Assembly (NCBI GenBank): GCA_002189035.1
Contig: CM007990.1
Coordinates: 434,001 to 498,000 of the forward strand
Direction: 5' to 3'
Length of the DNA stretch: 64,000 nt
DNA from: Utricularia gibba
Taxonomy: Eukaryota > Plantae > Magnoliophyta
Made by a program: the position numbers and the translations under genes. The notes below the pieces were generated by a model. That model had not been told where the DNA came from, searched no databases, and saw nothing but the letters and a program-made list of their open reading frames with translations. This document shows positions 37,001 through 49,200 of the stretch, piece by piece. Position 1 is the stretch's first letter, and each line of letters opens with the position of its first letter.

Positions 37001-40000
37001 CCAAAATAGAGTCCTGCGAGCAGGGAATCATCAATTGTTGAGGGCTGTCGACATGGCTGAGGATTTCTGCATTGATGCTAAAGGTGAGAAGGATCAGGTT
37101 TATATTGACCAGCTTTTAAGGAGGATTCAAAACATGAAACAATCCCTGAAAAAAAGTGATGATGAGAAAATTGAGGCTTCTCTTGAAATGATTCCACTTC
37201 TCACTTGGATCCGGCAACTGGTACATATGAATGAAGAATTGAGATCCGAGTTGCAAGAGGGAGACTGTTTTAAGGAAACTCAACTGAGGCAGATTGAGGA
37301 TTTGGGGTTAAAGCTAAAGGATATTCAAGCATCTTTCGAAGAGATGCAAAGAGAAAAAACAGAGCTTTATGCAGAGAAATGTTCTTTGACTGATGAGATA
37401 CTGGGTTTGGAGGAAAAGAGCAGTGTCCTTGAAGTGGAAAATGACATTTTGTCTATAGAAATGTTGGATCTAAAAACCATGTCTTTAATTTTCAGAAGGC
37501 TTGTGGATGAAGGAATGTTCACAATACAAAATCTCATGAAAGATCTGACAACTCTTCAGGACAAGAATGCTACCCTCGTGGGAAAGCTGCAGTTGGCAGA
37601 AGGAAGGTTGCAAGACGTTGAAATCGAAAATCTTCGTCAAAAGGAGGTGCTGCAGAAGATGGATGAAGAAGCCAAGGACTTCGCATTTTTAAAGAATCAG
37701 TTGTATCATGAGATCGAAAGTGGGAAAAAAATGTTGCAGCAGGCGGCGCTGGAACTTAAGTTGGCTGAAGAGAAACTTGTTGTAGTGGAAGAAGAGAAAT
37801 TTGAGTCAAAAAGGCAAGTGGAAGATCTAAGTGTGCTGTATAATATACTCAAAGTGAATCACAACGAACAGGGGAATCAGATCCTGAAACTATCAACAGA
37901 CGCATGCCATTTGAGGATTGAGAATGAACTCTTTCACGATGTGAGCGGGAACCTTGAAGGTGAACTGCAAAACAAATCCGAAGAGATAAACAGGTTGAAT
38001 GATGAGATTGAAAATGGAAAAAAAATGTTGCAGCAGGTGGGGTTGCAACTTAAGTTGGTAGAAGAGAAGCTGGTTGTAGTTGAGGAAGAGAAATGCCAGT
38101 CAAAAAGGCAAGTTGAAGGTCTGAGTGTGCTATACAATGAGCTCAAAGCGCGCCATGACGAGCAGGGAAATCAGATCTTGAAACTGTCAACAGATGCATG
38201 TCATTTGAGCATTGAAAATAATTTGTCGCATGATGTGAGCTTAATCCTTGAGGACGAGCTTGAAAAAAGATATGCAGAGATGAAGAAGTTGAATGATGAG
38301 ATTGAAAATGGAAAAAAATCATACACCAGGTGGGTCTGGAACTTAAGTTAGCAGAAGTGAAACTCGTTTTAGTAGAGAAAGAGAAGTTTGAGTCAAAAAA
38401 GCAAGTGGAAGGTCTGAATACGCTGTACAATGAGGTCAAAATGCGTCAAGATGAATACGAGAATCAGCTCCTGAAACTATCAACAGGCACATGCCATTTG
38501 AGCATTGAGAATGATTTCTTGCACGATGTGAGCCGAAAGCTTGAAGATGAGCTGCAAAGCAAGTCTGGAGAGATGAATAGGTTGAGTGATGAGATTGAAA
38601 GTGGGAAAAACATGTTACAGAAAGTGGCACTGGAACTTAAGTTAGCAGAAGAGAAACTGATTGTAGTGGAGGAAGAAAAATTTGAGTTAAAAAGGCAAGT
38701 GGAGGATCTAAGTACGCTATACAGTGAGCTGAAAGTGCGTCAGGATGAACAGGGGAATCAGATACTGAAACTTTCATCAGAGACAAGCCATTTGAGCATT
38801 GAGAATGATTTCTTGCATGATGTGAACTTAAGCCTTGAAGATGAGATGGAAAACAGATCTGAAGAGATCAACAAGTTGAATGATGAGATTGAAAGTGGAA
38901 AAAAAATGTTGCAGCAGATGGCGCTGGAATTTAACTTAGCAGAAGAGAGACTGATTGTAGTAGAAGAAGAGAAACTTGACTCAAAAAGGCAAGTGGAAGA
39001 TCTGAGTATGCTGTATAATGCACTCAAAGTGAATCACAACGAACAGGGGAATCAGATCCTGAAATTATCAACAGACACATGCCATTTGAGCATTGAGAAT
39101 TACTTCTTGCACGATGTGTGCAGAAACCTTGAGGATGAAATGCATAACAAAGACGAAGAGATAAGCAAGTTGGACAGAGGAGCTTCATCTATTCTGAGGC
39201 AATTTTTTCATGTCATGGTAACTCAGCTTCTATACGAGCAGAAGTGCCATGAACTTCAGGAAGCCTGTCTTGAATTCATGTATCAAAATGAAGCTCTTAA
39301 AACTGAATTGGCATCACTTGCCCCAGACATTGAGTCAATGAGGGAATGCGTTTGGTCACTAGAGAACTACACTAGTACACACATGAAGCTTCACCATCCC
39401 AAGGACGAGAAGCTGGAGGTACATTTGGAAAAAAATGAAATTTCAAATTTTGAGGACTTGAATTATCTGCTTTATCATTCCAATTTCATGCGGCTTCAAC
39501 TGACTATTTTATCCATTTCTAGGATCCTGATGCTGCTAAGAGTTTGGATGAAGTCGCCTCGAGCAAAAATGAGAAGCATATGCTGCAAGATCCCTTCATG
39601 GATCTGCATGGTAGACTTCAAGTGGCTGTAAAGACAGTAATGGGCATAAATGATCATTTGATTCAAGAAAGCGGTGATCTGCGTTCCAAATTGGACGCTT
39701 CAAATAAGCAACTGGAGTTGTTGCAGAATGAGGTTCAGAATATGAGGCCAAAATCTGAAATAACAGAGGCTGATGATGCTCTTTTGACTAAAGATATTGT
39801 GCTTGATCAGGCGTCGGATGGCAGTAACCGTCATGCAGTTGATGAAAATCATGTCTTGAAGCTATGGGAGATATCTGATCCAGACCCAACACTCAGAACA
39901 CCCAAGAAAAAAGAAGTTTTGGGATCATTTACCGAGGAAGAACTAACCTTGGGGATGCTAGAAACCTCAAAAAAGTCAGCTGATCTGGTCCATGAAGTAA

Positions 40001-40521
40001 ACAATATGAAGATCTTGCAGAGGCTGGGCTCTGATGTTCAGAAACTGGTGAATCTCCAACTCACCGTCCAGGACTTGAAAAAGAAACTCAATGTCACCGA
40101 GAAACACCAACGCGGCAAGGCTGTGATTGTGTGTGAAGCACTGAAGGGACAACTTGAAGAAGCTGACACAGCCATCTTAAAGTTGTTTGATGTCAACGAC
40201 AAGCTGATGAAAAACGTCGATGACAGGGCTTCTTTCGAGATTAAGTCATTCTCCTCGTTCGACTTCGAAGGGGAAGACGGTGGAGCCAGGAGGAGGAAGT
40301 TATCTCTGCAGGCATGTAGAATGTCGGAGAAGATTGGAAGGTTGCAGTTGGAAGTACAAAGATTACAGCTTGATCTGCTGAAACTGATGGATTATCAACA
40401 AGGAGGCAAAACAAAGACATCAATGAAAAGAATCCTTCTGAGGGATTACATCTACGGAAGAACCAGATTCAAAGACAAAAAGGCTCTTGTTTGCTGCCTG
40501 CAGCCTTCAACCAAGGAATGA
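34009..40521 (+). CDS. NET1: NETWORKED 1 actin-binding protein (NAB/KIP1 domain plus long coiled coil), about 2040 aa, 4 exons, -1 frameshift at 38312-38318
   Basis: [22 protein letters not shown]|[34 protein letters not shown] and C-terminal [12 protein letters not shown]...[12 protein letters not shown]...ILLRDYIYG. Exons 34009-34111, 34309-34598, 34689-39418 and 39523-40521 total 6122 nt, one short of a multiple of three. Confidence 0.95.
37710..39172 (+). repeat. Five tandem 294-bp coding repeats inside NET1
   Basis: Unit starts gagat(c/t)gaaa at 37710, 38004, 38298, 38591 and 38885, giving spacings of 294, 294, 293 and 294. Confidence 0.97.
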
Positions 40522-42162
40522 GTAATCTGTTTACATTTTTCTACGAGACCCTTCTTCCATTTCTTTTGATCTCCCCCAATGGATTTGCAGAGCGCATGTG
40601 CTGTGTACATTTCGAATTGAATAATACCTACAGCTTCTGAACATGTGAGAGCAATTTTCAGTACTGAAAGAATCATTTGAGCTCCACGATTCGCTGTGTT
40701 CTGCAGCCATCTTGGAACAAGGCCTTCCATTATTGCAAAACTACACTTCTGGAGCACGATTCTGGGCCTGAAAAATAAGCCATTCAGAAGGGTCATCCCT
40801 AGACAGGTAGAACAAACCATCTACAGTCCATTTCTCTTTTCCTTGAGTAGGTGGAAATGCATTGAAGTTTTGCGTGTCCAAGTAGCAGAAACAGACTTAA
40901 CTCCTATACTATGTCTATGCGTGCCATTGCTGTCAGATCCCATAAAGCCTTCCTTCTAACACCCCAGATGATCTCATCCTTGCATCATCCTCAAACAAAG
41001 GGAGATCCCATTGATTGATTACTCTCACTAATCCCCATGGTGTGAGCCTGAGCCTGTACAGCGAAAGGGCAGGGCATCATCACAGGGACAAACGTGAGAG
41101 AATCTTCGAGGGAGACAGAGGGAATAACCTCGTTTGAGGGTGTGTCCAAAGGGAATGAATGAATGAATGATCCCAGCCATAGAGCAAAAAGGCTGGTTTT
41201 TGCTTTGAATTAAGAAAAGGAAATGTGAAGCGAAGAAGCAAGCAAGCAATGGGTCAGTGTTGTGTGCTCAGTAGATGCTACTGCTGGTGTAGGGCTGCCT
41301 CAGGGCACGCCAGTTTTTGTCGTTGATGATGCCGATGTTGAGGGGACAAGCCTCACCCCCATCTGACCCCTCGCCCCTCTTCCCTTGTCTTGCTCTCCAG
41401 CGTGCTGTCTCAGTGGCGCAGACGGGTATTTAATTTTTTTTCTTTCAAAAATAAAATAATTTATTCCAACTTTATAAATCATATGATATTTTGAGTATTT
41501 TTATCATTTCTATCCGCATGCATAATTGTTTAATTCAAAAATACTTTATTTAGGTAAATTTTATTAAATAACTTAAATATCAATCAAATTTTTTTCTAAA
41601 TTCAAATAACTCAAATATGATATTAATTAACCTATTTTACTGAAGATTAGTTGAACTAACCCTAGTTTTTCCAAATCGCGGCTTCCGGGACTCGCCGATG
41701 GGCAGCGGCGGTGGCGTATCTATCCATGCCGATAGGAATGGGACCGGCGCGCGATCGATGAGGAAGGAGGTTTGAGTGAGGAATGATGGGATGGGGATCC
41801 CCAGGTGGGGAAAAGCGAGGAGAAAAGAAAAAGTTGGCATGAGATGAAAAAGAAAAAGTTTTCGCATTGGAAAAGTAAAAGCGTAGCGTGTTTTTCCTCA
41901 ATTTCTTATTGTTGTTGCGACAATGTTGGTTGCATCGAGTGTGAGTACCTTTTGACTGTTAGTTTGGTTCGTTCTGAGCTCTCGAGGTACAACGCTGTGA
42001 AGCGGGAAGGGGAGGCGCAGATAAAAGGAGCCACTCACTGCGCTCTCATTTGTTTACTGTGACGGTAAGATGGGTGGGTAGGTGCATGGGGTAAGTGGTT
42101 TCTATTCTATAAAGCAGAACAATTGGGGTCTGTCATGCACAACAGTCCAGCTGCAACTCGAA

Positions 42163-44333
42163 ATGTACAACAATAGGAGCAGCGGGAGCAGCAAAATGGA
42201 CATTCTCTGGGCGGATTCCGGGGAACCCCACCTGCCGGAAAGTCCCAGGGGTCCGATGGAGTTTCTGTCGAGGTCGTGGAGCGCCTCGGCGCTTCAGGTT
42301 TTCAAGGCTCTGAGTCACAACCAGTCGGTGAATCTTCCCAAAGCTAACTCCGGCGCCGCAGTTGTATCCCCGGCGGAACATGTTGGTGCTGAAGAGGAGC
42401 CTGGTAGACTTTCTAGGAACACCTTCTCCTTCGCTTCCTCTGCAACATGCCAGCTCATACTCGAGCGGATTATGTCTCAGTCTGTAAGTTCGTTGCACAC
42501 ATTCGAATTTCCTGCAACATTTTGGGTCCTCATTGTTGTGTAATTGCAGGAGATCTCGCCTCTGACATCAGGGAGGCTTTCACACAGCAGTGGACCTCTC
42601 AATGGCTGTATGAATGAAGAGAACGAGAGTCCTCCGGTCTCACCTTATGAGGAGGAGTACGAAGATGTTGTCAAGGTTTGTTTTGTGTCAACAAGTGATT
42701 AACTCTCTAAAGATGTGCGACAATATCTGCTTTTGTTTCTTTCTGAAATCTGCTTTGTTGACTTCGCTAAAAATCTCAACTTTTTCGGTTTTCCTTGTTT
42801 GGTTGATGCTTTTTCTTCTATGCGTGCCGTAGGCTATAGTAGCTGGTTGAGTGGTTCAGTGGATAACGTCGTCTCAGTCGATTCGTGGTTTTTTTAGTTG
42901 ATTTTGAGTGCTGACACAGTAAAATTTATTGCGTTTGTTGCTTGAGTGTCACTGGATGAGGCCCCATTTCTGGAAAAAGATGGGAGCTTTGATAAGTTTA
43001 CTGTGTTTGATGAGGACCCATTTTCAACGTGAATAGTATTTCAACGCCAAGAACACACTGCAACCTCTGTTCACCGGAACTCCTCGGGCCGGTGGCGGCA
43101 CCAGCGGCGTCGCAACGCCGGGAGGGAAGAAGGTGGGTAGGTGGCTCAAGGAGCGGAAGGAGAAGAAGAAGGAGGAAACCAGGGCTCAGAGTGCGCAGAT
43201 TCATGCGGCTGTTTCAGTTGCAGGAGTTGCTGCTGCCGTCGCCGCCATCGCCGCCGCGACGGCAGCCGCATCTTGTAAGGGACAAGACGAACAGATGGCT
43301 AAGACCGACATGGCAGTGGCTTCCGCTGCCACTTTGGTGGCCGCCCAGTGCGTAGAAGCGGCGGAGGCCATCGGCGCCGACCGAGACCATCTACTTTCCG
43401 CGGTTTCCTCTGCCGTCAACGTCCGATCCCACGGCGATATTTCCACTCTCACCGCCGCTGCCGCCACCGGTAAACCAACTAAAAATCATACCCCCTGTTC
43501 TCTTCCACCCAAAGAACAGCACAGAACTAACCTTTTTTCCTTTCTGTTTTCCTCCCAAGCTCTCCGAGGAGTTGCTACCTTGAAAGCTAGAGCTTTGAAA
43601 GAAGTATGGAATGTTGCAGCGGCAATTCCCATTGAAAGGGGAATTAACAACACCAATGTGGATGGCCACTTAGATGATCTTGTTGCAGAGGAAAACTTCC
43701 TTGCTGCGTGCAATCAAGAGATGCTTGCTCGTGGCTGTGAGCTTCTGAAAAGAACCCGAAAAGGTAGCAACTACACAGTTCTTGTGCAAAGACCAACAGT
43801 TGTTGTGATCTTGACAGAGAAACAACTTTTTCTTCCTTCTCAGGTGATCTCCATTGGAAGATTGTCTCAGTTTACCTCCACAGGAGTGGAAACGTAAGTT
43901 TGCTTCATCATCCTCACAAAAAGCATTGTTACAGGCATGCCATTCGAACTCTCAAGCTTTCATGAATTTTAAATGCAGGTCATGCTGAAGATGAAGAGCA
44001 AGCATGTGGGCAAGACCATCACTAAGAAGAAGAAAAGTACCTACTTTTGTTCTCCAAAGTTCAAACTTCAATGCACTTTTCGAGTTTTTTCACAACTTTT
44101 CATCACCCACAGGTGTTGTTCTAGAGGTTACTAGAAATGTACCTGCATGGCCGGGCCGGCATCTGCTTGAAGATGGCGAGCAGAGGCGATACTTCGGGCT
44201 GAAAACCTACGGAAGAGGAACAGTAGAATTCGAATGCAGGAATGCTAAAGAGTATGAAATGTGGACACAAGGAGTCTCCAGGCTCCTCGCCATTGTTGCA
44301 GAAAGGAAGAGAAGGCATCAACCATGTTACTAG
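42163..44333 (+). CDS. VAN3-binding / FORKED-like protein (DUF828 plus plant PH-like domain), multi-exon
   Basis: [64 protein letters not shown] and RRYFGLKT...EFEC...WTQGVSRLL. Start is ATG 42163 or 42196. Confidence 0.95.
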
Positions 44334-44589
44334 GCTTGCAACAATGCCTTGCCCTGAACAATCTGGAAGCCTGGTTTTTGAACCTTCGTCTCCAGTGGCA
44401 TCAGCTTCGTGTAATATCATTTTCTCTGAATAATGAATGATCTCTGACAATAATCAGCATGTAACAAAGAGGGCTATAACAATAAACATTGAAGATCACT
44501 CAAGAGTATAACACATGTTGCTGTTGCATTAGATACACAGTATGGACTATGAACAACAGTGCAGGATGGGAAGAAACCCCATTAGCAAT

Positions 44590-45572
44590 TTAAGTCTCAG
44601 CAGCTCTGAAAAGGTTCATCAAAGAGATGAAGAGATTGAGGATGTCCAAATACAGAGCAACGGAAGCCCAAATGTATTCGTCGTAGGAGTACCGCTTGAT
44701 CAGATTGTCTGTGTCGTAGATGATGTATCCTGCAAAGATTATTGATGCCACACCGCCGTAGATCATCACGGCGATTTTCCCAAAGGGGAAGAAGATCTGA
44801 AATGCAACAGTGCAGTTATAGTCAGCATACCATGAATACTACTTAACAGATAGATAACCCACAGGCAGATGGTAATGCAAGAACCTGAATCAGGGAGAAC
44901 ACCAGGAGGATAATCACAGCAGAAAACAAGAAGGGTCCAAGGAAATTGAAATCTTGGCCCCTCTTTGCGGCCCAGAAAGTGTAGAGAGTCAGACTAATCA
45001 CAACCACCGCTGTTAAGACGGCAGCCTCCAGAATCACTTTCCCTGCAAACGCAGAAGAACCTCAATTTTCCGGCGAAGGCAGAAGAACTTCAGCAATCAA
45101 AACCACTTACCGCTGGTGAAGGCACAAGTTATTCCCAAGGCAAGTGCAAGAGAAAGGGTGAAAACTCCTAGCAGAAAATAGTTGACCGGATGCTTCTTGT
45201 AGTAGAACTGCAACGGGCACAACGCTGCAAATCCCAAATCACCCGAATAAGCAACAGTAGGCAAAAGCACAAAAAATCCCCAATTCAAAAGAATACGCGA
45301 CCCCAAAGGAAGAGAGAAGTTTCCGTACTGATCAGAGGAGTGAAGATGATGACGATGTAAAGAGCTAAGCCAGCGCTGGTGGTTGCGAAGAATCGAGAGA
45401 CGGGATGAACAGAGACGACGACGGCTGCAACAACGACGGTGAAAAGCAACTGAATCGTGATTATTGAGTATATTTTCCGTATGAACGACCATCGGAGCTC
45501 CGGGTTCTCGAGCATCGCCGGGTACAGCAGCTGAGCGCCGCCTTCCACGTCACTTTTCCGACCACCCCACAT
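44590..45572 (-). CDS. Protein LIFEGUARD / Bax-inhibitor-1-like (TMBIM), 4 exons
   Basis: LYPAMLENPELRWSFIRKIYSI, KHPVNYFLLG, TFWAAKRGQDFNFLGPFLF and YDTDNLIKRYSYDEYIWASVALYLDILNLF. Confidence 0.95.
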
Positions 45573-46228
45573 TCTGGAACCCCTCTCGAAATTGACCAAG
45601 GAGAATATGCTTTGACGAATTGAATACGTGAGGGGCAAGGCGGCCGTTATAACCACACCAAACCCAAACCCAAAGGAAACTTCCCGATGACCGTTCTTAC
45701 AATCCGACGGTCCCCCCTTCTCACTCCGGAAAGATCCAGATTTTCCAAGGACACTTTTTTGCGTAAACGTAACTTGCTGAGACAAAAAAATCAACAAACA
45801 TAAATATCTAACTCAAAGACAGGAGGGGTTTTCTTTTATTTTGAACAAATGGCGTATAGTGTAAACATCCAGTGGCAACAGCAATCACCCCAAAAGATGG
45901 CACCCGGCAGCAGGGAGGGAACTCTGTGGATCCCTTGAACAAATGCCTGCAGATCTCATTGAAAACTATGGCATCACATGAATACTAGCAGCAATATACA
46001 CATACATTGCTGTAGGTTCTGGATTTCAGAAAGCATAGGCTCTATGACGACGGACTCCAAAGGTGGAAAAAATGCGAATGGTGATCATTCGACGAGCTGC
46101 AAATCACAAACAAGAACAGCATCCCAGTTTGTGAACATGGATGGGTACTTTGTGCATCTCAGTAAAGTTCTGTAGTGCGAGATAACCTTGTTTAGAAAAG
46201 GGTGGAAGAGATGATTACCTCTTTTGTG

Positions 46229-49200
46229 TCATGCAGTTTGTTGGACTTGCCTGTGGATCAGCAACATCCAGTCGGGGTAGCCGTTGGCTCCGCCGAAATT
46301 GTCCTCCACTAGATTATTCAGAAAGAAGTAGCCTTCTCCTGGTTTTTCGCCTTGTCTCACGAGGCGGCATAATTGGAAGTATGATGGGTCACTCTCTCGG
46401 AACTTATTAAGTATCTTCATGAGCTTTCTTGAAATCGCATTCTCCTTCTGTGTAAGGTAAACCTGCATTAAAAGAATCAAGGATCATCTCAGACTAGATA
46501 CAATGAATGCAATGAAAATTGAAATTAGACACCATATGAGGCAGAGTTACAAAAAAATGGAAGATAGCTTAATTGATCAGAACTTGGTATTTTTTGAACT
46601 GCCATGAAGGAACAGAATCGGAATCATCAGGTAAGAAGCTTGCCTTGGAGATATCTGCCGAGAAATCATCCCCAAGTAGGCTCCTAATTATATCAGGTGA
46701 TAGGGAATTTCCAAACCATATGACAAATTGAAAGCCGTTGTCCAAGATATAAAGACATCTGGGATCTAAGCTCTGTGCGGTAAGTGGCAGCTTCGGTGCA
46801 ACATTTTCAAAGTCCCCAGGCTGAGAAGAGATACATCGTAAGGCATGCTTCGAAGATTAGGTATTACAGTTACAATTAAAAGATGAGAATAAAAAAAGCT
46901 TACTTTAATAAGGATGTCGTCTACCCGGACAAGAGTAGGATACAGAAGCTTCAACAATTTTTTAACTGGTAGAGCCATCATGGTAAATCCAGCTGCAGAG
47001 CGCTCATCAAGCTGCGCATCAGCATATCCACCACGTAATGGAACTGATTTAGCTATGGCTAATCCATACAAGGATAAGAATTTTAATGAATCTGGGAAGA
47101 TCAGCCGTCCGGACAGGCGATGCTGTACAGCATACAGATTTTTGTATTCTCTGAGGGCCTTGACTATCCGGAGTTGGACAGAATTCCGAGCATCTTCCAG
47201 CTTGTAAGACAAACTTTTTTCAATTGCTGCAATATTCAATAGTGATGAAAATTTTAGTTCCCACTGGGTTTGAGAAAAAAGCAGATGCTGGGAAAAAAAA
47301 AGGTGATTTCTCATACCCAGCCTGGTAAGCAAAGATACAACAGCACCCACATCAGCCAGGCGATACATTTGTCCGAGGTCTGAAACAACAGGCGCAGCAG
47401 ATGTATGCACTCGAATGCGCCTTTCCCCTGAAGACGATGTATATCTTTGAAATAGTTAAGTTTCATTGTCATTGATCATTAACTAAAAAAGCACAGAGAT
47501 GTAAAGAATCCCAAGAAGTAACATCATTTTAAAATAACGAAAAAAAATACACAGGCTATTCATGATATATATCTCAGCACTGTAATAAGAAGGATACAAC
47601 AGTGCCACTTGGAAATACACAGTTGTTGTTGTCAGTAATGTATCTTCTAGGGATAACTGTGCTCCATAGGCCTTATCACAGTCAACAGCTGGGAGAGAGA
47701 TCAAGTCCGTAGATCTCATCATGAAGTTTCCATGAAAGGATGTGAAACGCACACCTACAAAGCAAAACGACTAGTTCAAAAAACATGAAGGCCACTACAA
47801 AGAATAATAAAAAAGAAATCTATACCTTTTCCACATCTTATCCTCATGACTGATTCCCAAGCAGTGTCTCTGGTGAGATCTCTGCTAAGTTCATGTTGCA
47901 GCCTATCTTTATGAACGCTTGAATGGAAATTGGGATAGTAATACACCTGACCGCCAGTATACTTGGCCAGAGTTCCTGGTGAGTTACATAAAATACATAT
48001 GCTAATCATAGTCATCCATGGAAAACTTGTTTGAAAGTACACATATGGAAAAAAATTTCGATACGTAAGAGGATTTCAATCATTTTGTAACAAATAAAAA
48101 TGATGAAAAGTACTGCATCGTAATTCAAAAAATACAATTCAGCCACCAAAAACCCTTTAACTGTTTTCTCAGTAACAAAAAGAATTGAAACATCGCAATT
48201 CTTTGATATCTCAAGGTTTCTGTAACAAAAAACTGAATCTGAAACGAAAAGAGAAAGCAAGAAAATTAACGTAGCAACCAAAACAAGATACCCTACAATA
48301 AAAGCATTTTACAACATTGCAATGCAACCACTTACCTAAGGATGCTATGTCGGTGTACTTATCACTAAAAGAATAGACATTCACAGCAATCTGATACTTA
48401 TTTAGATCAGCAGCCATTTGCTTATAGAATGGATCTTCTGCTATTCGTAGTGTATGCTCCTTGTCTGTCCCATATAACTTGATATCATCTCCACGCAGCC
48501 TTAGGCGACCAACTCCCAGTGATGGAAGAGTATGTTGGAAAATCAACAATTTACCACCAAGTTGGCTCTAAGGAAAATGGTTAAAAAACAAGACCATCAT
48601 GCCAACATGAAAAAAAGCTCACAGTACCACAAAGTGCAATATCAGAATGAGAATCATAACAGCAAGACCTTTACAAAAAGTCAATAAAACGAAATCAAAT
48701 ATTACAAAAAACTAGATAACACTAGAAAATCTACGCACCAGAACCATGAATGTGGCTTTAAGGGCAGGGCCAAATGCAGATTCGACATTTACGTTATCAT
48801 GAAATACAGCCGGCAGCATATCAAGGAATGTATCTACCACATTCCTGGATTCTGACAAGTTCACAAGAAGGTCATCTGGTAATGGAACAAATATATCTTC
48901 CAAATCCGAGATGACCATCATCTGAGGTTGCATCAACGATGACTAGTGCAAGAGAAAGTCATGTTACTCGCCATATAAAGTTGTAGAAATTAAAAGGTTT
49001 TTTAGATCACATGCCTTCATGTTGTAGAAGTGTATGGTGCTATCATAAGTGATGAATCCAATCTGCGTCCTTGGATACCCAGGGAGACTGTCCAAACATG
49101 ACTTAATAGTTTGTGCCATGACCTGTAAAACAGGATACTTAAGCAAGTTTAACAAACAAAATATTTTTCCTGCTAAGTCTATCCTAAATTTGGTACAAAA

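Noticed and set aside
40994-41174. Possible MIR393 precursor
   Set aside because: Both miR393-like matches have the same orientation, neither is a full mature sequence, and no complementary star arm is present.
41249-41326. 25-aa Cys-rich ORF MGQCCVLSRCYCWCRAASGHASFCR
   Set aside because: Too short to distinguish from chance, with no recognisable family or promoter support.
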